63,572 nt of DNA, filler included, from Octopus bimaculoides (GCF_001194135.2; 7 parts of 7 records of this genome joined end to end with filler, not necessarily neighbours in it), one strand, 5' to 3'; counted from the whole stretch's first letter, positions 39,731-53,670 are shown. Notes: generated from the sequence alone by a model not told the origin. Program-made: numbers and translations.

Positions 39731-40879
39731 TTCACAAACTGAACTAATGTAAGATACTAAGATATACTTGTTAATTTCCTTGCATGTAATCTACCAACGA
39801 CTTTAAGGAAATAGTATAATTCCAGTTATAGCAATTACAAATCAGATAATGAACACATTTCAGCGTTAGTTTGGGGGTTCTCGGAAGAATATTTAACATT
39901 GTGCTGCGGCCATTTTTGTTTACAATTTCTTTGTACGGGGGGGGGGGGGAGAATTGAAAAGTATTAGTTTGTTTACCTTTTAGACTTTATTTTTGATGAG
40001 GTAAAATACCAGAAAATATTTAATCAATATATTGTTAGTTGTTACTCATGGCTAAAATTATGATTGGTGAATCTCAAATGAACACCAGTCGACGAATATT
40101 TTCATGTAAAAAAAGAAAAGAAACAAAAAGACAAAAAACAAAACAAAAAAACTCTCAAAACACCCAAACACACACGCAAAAAAAAAAGGCGAAAACAAAC
40201 AATGTTGAAGATACTTAATCATCAACCTCACAGAGTTAGAAGGTTTTTTTGCCTGAACAAGCCTTAGGATATCTTCCATTCTTGGTCAAATATTTCTTCT
40301 AAAGTAAGGGAAATTATTTTGTTTCTCTCAACAGAAGAGACACAAATAAATGAATAAATAAATGAATAAATAAATAAATAAAAGTTAAATATAACAACTC
40401 GCTCAACACTCTTGAACGATCTGACATTAAAAAAGAGATAAATGAATTTAATCACGTTTAAAACTCTCACCAATGCCTGCAGGAATCTCAATAGCGAGTT
40501 CATACAGAATCTCGAATCTTTCCAACACAGGAATGTTCCTCATAGTTGATCTTCGCCAATATTATTCAAAGTATCTCTATAGCAAATGCTTCTTTGTTCT
40601 CTTTAAGGCTCGGATCAGCCTTGTTATCATTGTCTCCCATCCTCAAACAACGATTATTTCATTGTAACTATTGATTGATAGCATAATGTATTCTCTAATA
40701 TTGATCTACGCAACCCACTGAATAATTTTTCTTATATTTAAGTTGTAACAATCTCGACGGATTTGGAAGGTACCAAGTATCCAGTTAAAAAAAAAAAAAA
40801 TTCCAAACCCCTAATTTTAATGTAGGTAATTTCTAAAAGATATTTCTTGAATAATTTCTATATATTTTGTTTTTGCTGT

Positions 40880-41760
40880 AAAAAATCATAAAATTCGCTA
40901 ATTCCAGCTTCATAGAACTTTGCATACATGAGCAAATGTTTTATTTTCTGTTTAAATATAAGGACAACACTTCTTAGTAGGTTATGAACGACTGGTCTGA
41001 TGTCGATTTCAAAATGTCAGTAGTCGATGAAGCGTAAGAGCGTAGAAATACGTGTCCTCTGCTCAATGGTGTAGTTTTCACACACATTATCTACAAGGAG
41101 AATTTCTCTGCAGAGACAGTTTTCACTGTAGAACTTTTTTCAATTTTGAGTATAAACAACGTATTTGATGTAATCGTATACATATATACAAGGGTGTGCT
41201 GTAAAGTTCTTGGCTTTAAAGGTGTCGCAAAAGGCCTGGTTGGAGACTCAACTTTCCGAGTTCTTTTATAGGGTTTAGAAAAAAACCCCAAAAAAACTGA
41301 ATGACCGCCGAAATCAGTGTAGGAATCAGAAAGGGGAGTATTTTGAATAAGATCATGATTAACTGATACCCCTGTATTTTCTTTCACCCAAAGCCAGGAA
41401 CTTTTCAGTGCCCCCATGTATTTCAACCAGTGCTGCTTAGTGTGTCTCTAATGAACTAATTAATTCCAGCTTCACAATGCTTTGCACACACCAGCAAATG
41501 TTTTATTTGCTGTTTAAAAACAAGAATGGCGTTTCTTAGTGGGCTTTGAATGACAGATTGTGTATCCGTAGCTGATGAAGCGCAACGACGCAAGAACACG
41601 GATCGTACGCTCCGACGACTTCATTCATAACGCCGTAGTATGCTTTTCACCCACACATTGTCTATAAAGGAACTTCTCTCCGGAGACAGTTTACGCAGTT
41701 TCCACATTTGAGTGTAAACGAACGTCTTCAATGTAAAAATACTGATACTGAAACTCGGTT
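40880..41760. repeat. Two diverged direct copies of a ~300-bp unit, possibly Helitron-derived
   Basis: attccagcttca...gcaaatgttttattt..ctgtttaaa...ttcttagt...gatgaagcg...cacacatt occurs from about 40900 and again from about 41462. Confidence 0.65.
41187..41420. mobile_element. Mariner-type MITE
   Basis: TIRs tacaagggtgtgctgtaaagttcttggcttt and aaagccaggaacttttcagtgcccccatgta, TA at both ends. Confidence 0.75.
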
Positions 41761-41904
41761 GTATTTCCCAAAAATCCAGTAAAATAAATAAATAAATAAA
41801 TAAATAAAATAGCTGCCTGCAACGCGGCGTCAAAAAAGAAAATAATTCTTGCAAAGAAGCGCCAAAATTTTAATATCAAAACAAGTAGAAGTAATTTACT
41901 AAAA

Positions 41905-42420
41905 TGGCCATCTGTCTGTCTGTTCCCACTTCACGGTCAAACGGTTGGACCAATGGTCACGATGTTTTTCGGGATTACGAAGGAGATAATTAGGAAGGTT
42001 TCTAGCAAATAAATAAATAAATAAATAAATAAAAAATAAAAGAGTGAAAAAGTATGATTATTTAGAGGATATTGAATTTTGAATTAATAAATCACCTTTG
42101 ATTTTTTTTTTAAATTCCGGCGATTAGGATTATCTCTGGATTTTCCCCCGTATATTTTGTGAATTTAGAGGGTTTAGATTTGCGATACTATCCCTTTATT
42201 TCCTATCGTAGATGGGCAGATTTGCTATCTTACTATAATGGGTGTTATGTCCGTCTGTCCGTCTCGTTGTCTGTTCCCTCTTTACGGCCAGATGGTTGGA
42301 CCAATGGCTACGATATTTTCCGGGATTACAAAGACGGTCGTCAGGAAGGTTTTTAGCAGGATTCAAAACGGCTAATCGAAGCGGCTGTTGTTTACATCTC
42401 AGTTTTGTCAATCAAAATAA
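41905..42420. repeat. Two direct copies of a short non-autonomous element end
   Basis: ctgtctgttcccacttcacggtcaaacggttggaccaatggtcacgat...ggaaggtttctagc (about 41910-42005) versus gtctgttccctctttacggccagatggttggaccaatggctacgat...ggaaggtttttagc (about 42270-42360). Confidence 0.65.
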
Positions 42421-43117
42421 CCCATGATACCAGAACATCGAGACATTATAGAACAGTGAGAGGTAAGCCTTAATTAGATTTTTGCAACCCTAAAGATTCC
42501 ACTCGAGCATTCACAGCAAACAAGGCACAAGGCCAGATTTTAGATCATGTAGGTGTATTTTTGCTCACTCCGATGTTTACACACGGCCAGTTATACGTCG
42601 CTATGAGTAGAGCAACGGACTCTAGTAATTTGAAAATTAGTGTCGACCAAACAGAAAATATCGTCTACAAAGAAGTTTTGTAATCATATTGATATTATCG
42701 AAATGAATAGGATTCATAATTTAAATATGAAAATTTGTGAACTTTGAATGTATAAGATTATAAACAAGCGTTAAATCGTAGAAACAACTAAAATAAAAGT
42801 ATATCTAAATATTTTTTCTTAATACTTTTTATGTAGTGGAAGTTCTGGTTTTCGTTAGGAGTAGCCCACATAACCATTCACGATACAGAGGCTGGGAGCC
42901 TATTTCAGTTCGGGAGTGGATCGTCATCGCATGTCACTTAATCGCAAACACATGTCATATAGCTGCAATAGAATACTGTATCACCAACAATAATGTGATT
43001 TCTCTAAGACATCACCCAGTAATCTGTCAAGTCCATTTACACATTTCTCAATACATACTACTGTTACGGCTTCCCTCCCTCATTTTATGCCTTCATCGTA
43101 GATGGGTAGGTTTGCTA

Positions 43118-43533
<416 letters not shown>

Positions 43534-43814
43534 NNNNNNNNNNNNNNNNNNNNNNNNNNNNNNNNNNNNNNNNNNNNTTAATTAATTAANNNNNNNNNNN
43601 NNNNNNNNNNNNNNNNNNNNNNNNNNNNNNNNNATATTATAAAATATTACATTATACACAATTCGATGTGTTCCTCTCATGGCATATACAAACATACACG
43701 CACACATATTTATATGTATTCTTTAAAATATAAATCATATCAAGTGGCAACATGGGAATAAAAACCTAATAGGTAATAATTATTACAAAAATTATAATTC
43801 AGGCTATATAAGAT

Positions 43815-44000
43815 ACCACCATGCTAGAGATAGCAGTCAAAACGTGACTCTAAATCCACATCAAGAATTCATGTAGCACCAGGAGAAAATACAAATAAAC
43901 TAGTGAAAACATTCACTAGTTTGTCTATTTGTCCTTGTGCTATATGAATACTTGATGTGCTTTTAGAGTCAAGTTGTGACTGCTATCTCTAGCTGGTGGT
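43815..44000. mobile_element. Foldback palindrome (MITE-like)
   Basis: accaccatgctagagatagcagtca pairs with tgactgctatctctagctggtggt; inner arms aaactagtgaa and ttcactagttt. Confidence 0.75.
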
Positions 44001-44589
44001 CTCGTTTAGATACCCTTATGCTGGGCAGTTTAGTTTAATGGTAAAACACTTGACGCGTAATCACAGAGATGTGAGTTCTAGTCTCATGGCTAGCCAGTAG
44101 CGTATTTTTCTGCAATAAATGGATAACTTATCCTAATCAAGCTATTGATAGCATTATCACGCGTTTGAGAAATAAATTTNNNNNNNNNNNNNNNNNNNNN
44201 NNNNNNNNNNNNNNNNNNNNNNNNNNNNNNNNNNNNNNNNNNNNNNNNNNNNNNNNNNNNNNNNNNNNNNNNNNNNNNNNNNNNNNNNNNNNNNNNNNNN
44301 NNNNNNNNNNNNNNNNNNNNNNNNNNNNNNNNNNNNNNNNNNNNNNNNNNNNNNNNNNNNNNNNNNNNNNNNNNNNNNNNNNNNNNNNNNNNNNNNNNNN
44401 NNNNNNNNNNNNNNNNNNNNNNNNNNNNNNNATTAGAAGTCATGATACAGGTATATGTGTTACCTTATTCTATACCTTTTCAGCCGAGATAACATGTTAA
44501 ATTCCAATGTCTTGGCCGCTTTCTGTTGGTCCGTTACATATTTTCAGTGAGATTGGTGGTTAAATTGGGAGTTTTTACTTCCACGTTAT

Positions 44590-44790
44590 AGCACGCTGGT
44601 GCTTCGTGTACCCTTTAATATAATTTAGAATTTTCGTCTGTCTTTACGATGTGAGTTCAAACTCCGCCGGGGTCGACTTTGACTTTCATCATTTCGGGGT
44701 CGATTAATAAAATACCATTTGCGTATTGGGCTCGAATTAATCGACTGCCTCCCTCCTGCAAAATGTCGGGGTCATGCTTAGAGTGGAAAA
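44590..44790 (+). mobile_element. SINE, diverged
   Basis: gagttcaaactccgccggggtcgactttgactttcatcatttcggggtcgat. Confidence 0.75.
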
Positions 44791-44917
44791 TAATATAATT
44801 TAGTATTTAATGTATAGCAGTTTCATGCTTATATCGCTTACTTCCTCTTACATTATCGCTATTGTTATTATCAATTATTTAGAATTGCCGCTCACAATGA
44901 TAATAATAATAATAATG

Positions 44918-44954
<37 letters not shown>

Positions 44955-45039
44955 TAATAATAACGACCATGATTATAATAATAACACCTTTACGAATATT
45001 CATTTTGAATATTTGCACATTTTCATATATATATATATA

Positions 45040-45493
45040 TATAATCATAAATATACAGGGATTAACATGAGTTGCTTCTCCAACATACTGAAAATTTAGA
45101 AATAGCAGTCAAAGAACTACTGATTCCAAACTACAATTTTTTTTCTCTAACGGATGGCGATATTTATGGCACATACACAACAAAACCGAAGAGAAAAGCA
45201 AAAACAAACCTGCCTTTAGTTAATTGGATACGACGTTTCACGTTTAAGAGTATGAAATTACTCTATTCCGATCATTGGCACAATATTCGAATTAATTTGA
45301 AAGTGTCTATATAACTAATGGGAATTTTGACCATGCGACATCAAATACACATGAGGAAGGCACTTACAAAATATCGCCATCCGTTAGACAAAACAATTTT
45401 TAGTTTGGAATCAGTAGTTCTTTGACTGCTATTTCTAAATTTTCAGTATGTTGGAGAAGCAACTCGTGCTAATCACTGTATATTTATGATTAT
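45040..45493. mobile_element. MITE with ~130-bp terminal inverted repeats
   Basis: ataatcataaatatacag..gagttgcttctccaacatactgaaaatttagaaatagcagtcaaagaactactgattccaaacta..ctaacggatggcgatattt is mirrored at about 45365-45493. Confidence 0.8.
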
Positions 45494-47302
45494 AAATGTT
45501 TTTACCCATAAAGGTTTTTTTCATACTGAACTACTTGGCAAAATTGTTAATTATTAATTTTATTACTAATTGACGATTCCCTGCCCTATATCTGTATATA
45601 TATAGTGAAAAATATTAAATTTCATAAATATCCAAATAGACATAATGATTATTTAAGAAATTTAGCCATTAAAATTAAACAATTTAGAAATATGGATGGT
45701 ATTATTGNNNNNNNNNNNNNNNNNNNNNNNNNNNNNNNNNNNNNNNNNNNNNNNNNNNNNNNNNNNNNNNNNNNNNNNNNNNNNNNNNNNNNNNNNNNNN
45801 NNNNNNNNNNNNNNNNNNNNNNNNNNNNNNNNNNNNNNNNNNNNNNNNNNNNNNNNNNNNNNNNNNNNNNNNNNNNNNNNNNNNNNNNNNNNNNNNNNNN
45901 NNNNNNNNNNNNNNNNNNNNNNNNNNNNNNNNNNNNNNNNNNNNNNNNNNNNNNNNNNNNNNNNNNNNNNNNNNNNNNNNNNNNNNNNNNNNNNNNNNNN
46001 NNNNNNNNNNNNNNNNNNNNNNNNNNNNNNNNNNNNNNNNNNNNNNNNNNNNNNNNNNNNNNNNNNNNNNNNNNNNNNNNNNNNNNNNNNNNNNNNNNNN
46101 NNNNNNNNNNNNNNNNNNNNNNNNNNNNNNNNNNNNNNNNNNNNNNNNNNNNNNNNNNNNNNNNNNNNNNNNNNNNNNNNNNNNNNNNNNNNNNNNNNNN
46201 NNNNNNNNNNNNNNNNNNNNNNNNNNNNNNNNNNNNNNNNNNNNNNNNNNNNNNNNNNNNNNNNNNNNNNNNNNNNNNNNNNNNNNNNNNNNNNNNNNNN
46301 NNNNNNNNNNNNNNNNNNNNNNNNNNNNNNNNNNNNNNNNNNNNNNNNNNNNNNNNNNNNNNNNNNNNNNNNNNNNNNNNNNNNNNNNNNNNNNNNNNNN
46401 NNNNNNNNNNNNNNNNNNNNNNNNNNNNNNNNNNNNNNNNNNNNNNNNNNNNNNNNNNNNNNNNNNNNNNNNNNNNNNNNNNNNNNNNNNNNNNNNNNNN
46501 NNNNNNNNNNNNNNNNNNNNNNNNNNNNNNNNNNNNNNNNNNNNNNNNNNNNNNNNNNNNNNNNNNNNNNNNNNNNNNNNNNNNNNNNNNNNNNNNNNNN
46601 NNNNNNNNNNNNNNNNNNNNNNNNNNNNNNNNNNNNNNNNNNTAAACGTAAGACATTTTAACCGAATATGAGAAGTGTAGTTCTCATTAATAGATATAGA
46701 ACTGTATCACAGAAGTAAACCTTGATAATGATATTAAATTTGTCTTCTCAAGTAATTTTTATTCATTCAACCCCTACTTCAGCCCAACTTTTTTTTGCAT
46801 CTAACTTAATAAAATAATCCATTTCTGTAGATTAATAGACCACCCATTAACTTTATTATTTATTAATTAATTATCAATCATTTAATATCTTATTTACTAA
46901 TATAAGAATCACTTTCCTATAAATATACCTCTGCTTTAATATCAATTACCACACAACTACCGTGTGTATATACGTACTAAGGAGTGTATACTAATGCATG
47001 TGTGTATCCAAGTACATACATGGAACCACGCATACATATATATGTGTGTGCGAATGCATGTGTATGTGTGTTTGTATGCACATATATATCTGTGTATGTG
47101 TGAACATTCATGTTTATGTATGAAACTATATATGTTTGTGTAGATGTTTGTATATATTTGTTTTTATTAATAAAAAATATATATGGAGGTGTGTATATAT
47201 ATGTTTGGATGGATGTATGTATGTTTATGTATGTGTGTGTTTATGTATGTATATGTGTATATGTGTGTGTGTATGTATATATATATATATATGTATGTTT
47301 AA

Positions 47303-47350
<48 letters not shown>

Positions 47351-48128
47351 GTGTGAGTATGTATGTATGTATATATGTGCGTATACATGAGTATATAGGA
47401 TTATACATATTTATCTCAGCAATTTTTCTAGAAATACAAGATTAACTCCCCTTTACGATCCCATTATTTACATAACATTCCTCTCCAATTTTTATCGGAT
47501 TTAAATGATCTTATTATCTCCCAACTTTTCACTGTGAATTTTCTTCCTTTTTTTTTCCTTCTTTTCTTCCCTTCTTGTCCAACGTACTGTCTGGTAGTGT
47601 CCTAATCTCCAACGGCTTTTTCAAATAAATTACGTTATAACCTTCTCCAATTACACTTCTCATATTCGATTAAAAATGTCTTACGTTTAAGCTGGTTCCC
47701 ATGCATTTCCCCGAAGAGAAGGATAATATATACATGTGTGTGTGTGTGTGTCTGTGTGTGTGTGTGTGTGTGTGTGTCTGTGTGTGTGTGTGTCTCTGTG
47801 TGTGTGTGTGTGTGTGTGTAAGTATGTATGTATACACATGTATACATCTATGTGCGTACGAATATTTGTTTATGTGTTTGTCTCCCCACCGAAGTTAGTA
47901 TATTAAGGTCCCCGAAACGTAGCGGTTCTGTCAATGGCGTCGATAGAATAAGTACATATATACATCCACACACCACACATACATATGTACGTATAATATA
48001 CTTATATAATATACATATATACATCTCTTTCTATCCACCCATCTATCTCTCCATATATATATAAACATGCATACATATACAGATGCATGTATATATGTAT
48101 GTACGTATGTATGTATGTACATATTGTT

Positions 48129-48930
48129 GAGACGCAATGACGCAGTGGTTAGGGCAGCGGACTCGCGGTCGTAGGATCGCGGTTTCGATTCCCAGACCAG
48201 GCGTTGTGAGTGGTTATTGAGCGAAAACACCTAAAGTTCCACGAGGCAGGGTGGTGGTGGCGAACCCTGCTATACTCTTTCACCACAACTTTCACTCACT
48301 CTTTCTTGCTGTTTCTGTTGTGCCTGTATTTCAAAGGAGCCAGCCTTGTCACACTTTGTGNNNNNNNNNNNNNNNNNNNNNNNNNNNNNNNNNNNNNNNN
48401 NNNNNNNNNNNNNNNNNNNNNNNNNNNNNNNNNNNNNNNNNNNNNNNNNNNNNNNNNNNNNNNNNNNNNNNNNNNNNNNNNNNNNNNNNNNNNNNNNNNN
48501 NNNNNNNNNNNNNNNNNNNNNNNNNNNNNNNNNNNNNNNNNNNNNNNNNNNNNNNNNNNNNNNNNNNNNNNNNNNNNNNNNNNNNNNNNNNNNNNNNNNN
48601 NNNNNNNNNNNNNNNNNNNNNNNNNNNNNNNNNNNNNNNNNNNNNNNNNNNNNNNNNNNNNNNNNNNNNNNNNNNNNNNNNNNNNNNNNNNNNNNNNNNN
48701 NNNNNNNNNNNNNNNNNNNNNNNNNNNNNNNNNNNNNNNNNNNNNNNNGCCTGTATTTCAAAGGAGCCAGCCTTGTCACACTTTGTGTCACGCTGAATCT
48801 CCCCGAGGACTACGTTAAGGACGCACGTGTCTGTGGAGTGCTGAGCCACTTGCACGTTAATTTCACGAGCAAGCAGTTCCGTTCATCGGATCAACTGGAA
48901 CCCTCGTCGTCGTAACCGACGGAGTGCCAA
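48129..48930 (+). mobile_element. tRNA-derived SINE/retroelement split by a probable false gap
   Basis: Head gagacgcaatgacgcagtggttagggcagcggactcgcggtcgtaggatcgcggtttcgattccc. The same ~39 bp occurs on both sides of the gap. Confidence 0.75.
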
Positions 48931-50154
48931 AAAAACATGTATATATATATGTATAATGCTGATAAAGCCTGCGGTAATGACGATGATGATTGTTTGCCAC
49001 CACATTGCACTACTACGTCGCTCCTTATGCATTAAAATTCTGATACATTGTAGTAGTCGAGACGAACAAAACTGTGACAGGTTTCTAAAGTATGTTCTAA
49101 ATGTTAAGTCAAGTGGAAAACAACAAAAGGTTGGTCTTAAAATAGTCAACAATCCCCTTCTCAAAATATATCACACAACCCTCTCTCTTCTAAGAAATTA
49201 GTATTATTTACCTTTTGTATAGTGGTGACCCAATGAATCACACACGCACATACATTCATATTAGAGACATACATGTATACATACATACATACATACATAC
49301 ATACCTACATACATACATACATACATACAATAGTGCCCTGTTGTTGATGTTGAAAATCCAATGAAGGAGCCTCGGGTCTAGTTTAGGAAACGGTTCGTTC
49401 TCTATTAACAAGAAATTTTAGAAGAAACTGAATAATAACACTCATACATACATAAGGCACACATATATACATATACATACATACATACATACATGCATGC
49501 ATGTATGCATACATAGATACATACATACATGCATGCATGCATGCATACATACTANNNNNNNNNNNNNNNNNNNNNNNNNNNNNNNNNNNNNNNNNNNNTT
49601 AATTAATTAANNNNNNNNNNNNNNNNNNNNNNNNNNNNNNNNNNNNNNNNNNNNTATATATATATATATATATATATATGCTCACACATCCATCCATCCA
49701 TCCAACCATACGTACGCATCCAACCATATGCGTACGTACGTACATGAGGTGCATCCTTGAAGTTTTCAGGCTTTCTTAGGATTTATGACTATCTTAAGAC
49801 TACTGTCATTTAAGTATATCATTACTATCTATCTAATAAGCTGACCTGCTAACTTTTGCGATTCCAGATTGAATCTGACGGCCGGAACAGCACTTTGAAC
49901 ACATCTTACTAAACACTACATCTCACATTTGACTAGTTTGCAGAATGCAGTCGGGACATGGAGACAGCTTGAAATCTCGCTTTGCAATATTATTTCGTGT
50001 TAAACTGGACAAAATTACTTATGGGTTAACTTTTATGAATGGAGCATCTGTTTTTTTAACGGTCGACGTCTTCAAGGGACTTTCCCTGGACGAAATACCG
50101 CAGCCGGAAAGCTTTTAAGCAAAAACAAAACACATACATTAAGATTATGATTTC

Positions 50155-50665
50155 AAGAATATATACATTACATGGAAAAATGCTAGCAAGAGAAATAATC
50201 TTCTTAATATTATAAATCTGGAAAAGCACAGGACAAGTTATTACACATGGAAAAATTCAGAACAACTTATTACGTCTGGTAAAGTACAGAACAAGAGAAT
50301 GTTTACTTAAAATATTGCAGCTAAGGATAAAATTTTAAATAAAATATTTAGAGTTAGAAAATATTAGCTTTTATTAAAACTAAAAATGTTATTACGGGTT
50401 ATTACTCATACTTGTTATTAATTGTTATTAATTGTTATTAATTGTTATTTCTATTAAAATTTTTTAAAAATAACTCAATTAAAATATTTTGTCCTTAGCT
50501 GCAATATTTTAAGTAAAGATTTTCTGGTTCTGTACTTTAACAGATGTAATAAGTTGTCTTGAACTTCCCAAGTATAATAACTCGTCCTATACTTTTCCAA
50601 ATTTATACTCTTGAGAATATTACTTCTCTTGCTCGCATTTTTTCATGTAATCCATGTCTTTTTCT
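50155..50665. mobile_element. Foldback element with ~200-bp inverted arms
   Basis: ttacatggaaaaatgctagcaagag pairs with ctcttgctcgcattttttcatgtaa, acaacttattac with gtaataagttgt, and ttacttaaaatattgcagctaagga with tccttagctgcaatattttaagtaa. Confidence 0.8.
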
Positions 50666-50910
50666 AGGCTATGCCATTATTCTAATTAATAATGTGTCAA
50701 ATGTATTAATTAACGGTGTCGTTGATAATTTTTCCCTTACCTCAATGATGCCGGTGACATATATCAAATGTACTCTAGATCTATATTCATAAAAAACGTA
50801 TAGAACTATATTATGGCGTACTTTTTACGTTTTCGTTGATTCTACCTCAACGGGACAGAAAGTAATGTGTGTATGTGTATGTATGTATGTATGTATGTAT
50901 GTATGTATGT

Positions 50911-50967
<57 letters not shown>

Positions 50968-52048
50968 AGTGATACCCATTTTAATTTTAATTCTACAACA
51001 TGACTCCGACCATAACCTTTACCTAAATGTCAAATCGGATGAATCGGATGAATTCTGTAAAAGTTACAGCATAAAATATTAATCCTATGGGTAATTGCAC
51101 ACAAAAAGCCTATTGATCTCTTAAAATTCCCCGCTCACACGCAATTATCGATTTTTTGTCAACTCTTTATGCTGGCATTAACTAATTAATGGACATAAAC
51201 TGTAATCACGTGAAAATTTTTTACAAAATCGATTGCATTTGTCCCCTTTTCAAGCTCTTTTGAATTACATAAACACCTTTACCCTCTTCCACACCACAAA
51301 ATTTAACTACATCTCCAATTTCATTAAAATCTGATAAACAATATAAAAGTTACGGCCAAAGATAAAATACCTATGAGAATTTGCACGCATAAAGCTTATT
51401 GATATTATAAAACCACTTCTCAGGTGCAATTATCGATTTTCTATCAACGCCACATACTGACATCAACGCACTGCCGTGAGCCTCGTTCACTCCTCGATTT
51501 TCATCAAAATCGGACAAAAAATGCAAAAGCTGCAGGTAAAACACCTTTGTTATGGAAATTTCCATTCAAATGCCCGATTGAGCTCACAAACATCAATGCC
51601 AACTGAACATTATCGAGCTGTCAAAAAATTCCGGCCTTATTTGAACTTCAGGGTATGTGATCTACCTATGTTCCAAAAATCATTAAAATNNNNNNNNNNN
51701 NNNNNNNNNNNNNNNNNNNNNNNNNNNNNNNNNNNNNNNNNNNNNNNNNNNNNNNNNNNNNNNNNNNNNNNNNNNNNNNNNNNNNNNNNNNNNNNNNNNN
51801 NNNNNNNNNNNNNNNNNNNNNNNNNNNNNNNNNNNNNNNNNNNNNNNNNNNNNNNNNNNNNNNNNNNNNNNNNNNNNNNNNNNNNNNNNNNNNNNNNNNN
51901 NNNNNNNNNNNNNNNNNNNNNNNNNNNNNNNNNNNNNNNNNNNNNNNNNNNNNNNNNNNNNNNNNNNNNNNNNNNNNNNNNNNNNNNNNNNNNNNNNNNN
52001 NNNNNNNNNNNNNNNNNNNNNNNNNNNNNNNNNNNNNNNNNNNNNNNN

Positions 52049-52090
<42 letters not shown>

Positions 52091-52971
52091 TATATATATA
52101 TATATATATTTAATACACACACACATATATATATATATATAGGGTGTAATGCCATATTAGATAATTATCAGTCGATAGGTAGAATTACAGGGTAATCGAT
52201 TAATTGACGACATCCTGAAAAAGAATGAACGTATTTCTGTGTATGCGCATGTGTCAGTGTCAGTGTCTGTGTCTGTGACTTTGAGTGCGCGTGTGTGTGC
52301 ATGTGACTCTATACGTGTGTGTCTGTGTGTTTGTGTTTGTGTGTGTATGTATGTGTCTGTGTGTGTCAGTGTGTGTCAGTGTGTTTGTCTGTGCGTGTGT
52401 CTGTGTGTTCCCGATTCACATCCCTACTAAAGTTAAGCTTGTCTTTCATCTTCCAACAAACATCCAGTCGAGTATCGAGATACATTCATTCTCTTTCTTT
52501 CTTTTCTTTTCTCACCCTCTCTCTTTCCCCCGCTTTTCTTCTCTGTATCACACTCCCTGAGAATCTGTTACGCTACACTGTGAGGAGGAATTTCAACCAT
52601 GTTTCGTGGTCTGCTACCACAACAGCTCCTTTATANNNNNNNNNNNNNNNNNNNNNNNNNNNNNNNNNNNNNNNNNNNNNNNNNNNNNNNNNNNNNNNNN
52701 NNNNNNNNNNNNNNNNNNNNNNNNNNNNNNNNNNNNNNNNNNNNNNNNNNNNNNNNNNNNNNNNNNNNNNNNNNNNNNNNNNNNNNNNNNNNNNNNNNNN
52801 NNNNNNNNNNNNNNNNNNNNNNNNNNNNNNNNNNNNNNNNNNNNNNNNNNNNNNNNNNNNNNNNNNNNNNNNNNNNNNNNNNNNNNNNNNNNNNNNNNNN
52901 NNNNNNNNNNNNNNNNNNNNNNNNNNNNNNNNNNNNNNNNNNNNNNNNNNNNNNNNNNNNNNNNNNNNNNN

Positions 52972-53019
<48 letters not shown>

Positions 53020-53135
53020 CAAAGAATATATATGCATGTATATACACATATATGTACACACACATATATATATATGCAGTGCGGAGCGATTTCTTTCTTT
53101 TAATTGTCCAAATCTCTGCCGATTCTTTAACTCAC

Positions 53136-53250
53136 TCTTCAGGTTGTGTAGTCATGTTGTATAGCAAATCATAGGAGAAAGTCAACCAATCATCCACCTG
53201 AAGATTCAGTCCGTGCTGTGGTGTGAGGCCTATGTGCCTTAGTGAATTTA
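53136..53250 (-). CDS. Probable next exon of the DEG/ENaC gene (finger region); 5' boundary uncertain
   Basis: Open frame ...HIGLTPQHGLNLQVDDWLTFSYDLLYNMTTQPE(D/E) ends at a strong donor GA|gtgagt in phase 2, matching the TM1 exon. LYxxxxxxED resembles the segment before the first finger/palm cysteines. Only weak phase-2 acceptors are available (cactaag, cattag, cccag). Confidence 0.45.
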
Positions 53251-53417
53251 GGAGTATGCCAGCGGATCGCAAGATCCTAATGTGGCCTCCCATACTGGGC
53301 GTACTTTTGTGCGTCCTTGCTATTCGACTCAAAGTGGATGCATTCAGTAGATGCAACAGGCAACAAACTATAAGCATTCCAGCCCGTGTGAACAGAGGAT
53401 TGATATCATTATATTTG

Positions 53418-53494
<77 letters not shown>

Positions 53495-53502
53495 TAACTT
53501 AC

Positions 53503-53670
53503 CGGAAAGCATTTTCGTTACATATTGTTACTGAGGGGAATATTAATGTCCTGTTGTAGTTGACGTGAACGTTCACACTGACTGGATAGTTGTAGTAGTA
53601 GATTATACGGTCAATGATTTGGTAAGACATTGAGCCCAAGCAGAGTAGCACCAACAGCAACCACAGAAGT
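53503..53670 (-). CDS. DEG/ENaC (amiloride-sensitive/ASIC-like) sodium channel, exon encoding TM1 and the FPxVTICN motif
   Basis: Manual minus-strand translation: (R)LLWLLLVLLCLGSMSYQIIDRIIYYYNYPVSVNVHVNYNRTLIFPSVTICNENAF(R). This is a hydrophobic TM1 followed by the family hallmark FPxVTICN. Acceptor ttgttgtcgttacag, donor CG|gtaagt, 168 nt, phase 2-2. Not in the ORF track. Confidence 0.93.

Noticed and set aside
44795-44830. NCYTLN resembling the DEG/ENaC GNCYTFN motif
   Set aside because: Two in-frame stops lie immediately upstream and there is no acceptor.
47683-47705. MHGNQLK with a gtaag donor resembling the DEG/ENaC HG motif
   Set aside because: It lies downstream of the TM1 exon in gene order, has no acceptor or surrounding similarity, and directly follows a microsatellite.
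50032-50122. Minus-strand exon-like segment LSGCGISSRESPLKTSTVKKTDAPFIKVNP*
   Set aside because: Good acceptor, but the phase-2 frame needed to continue the channel has a stop and no family motif is present.
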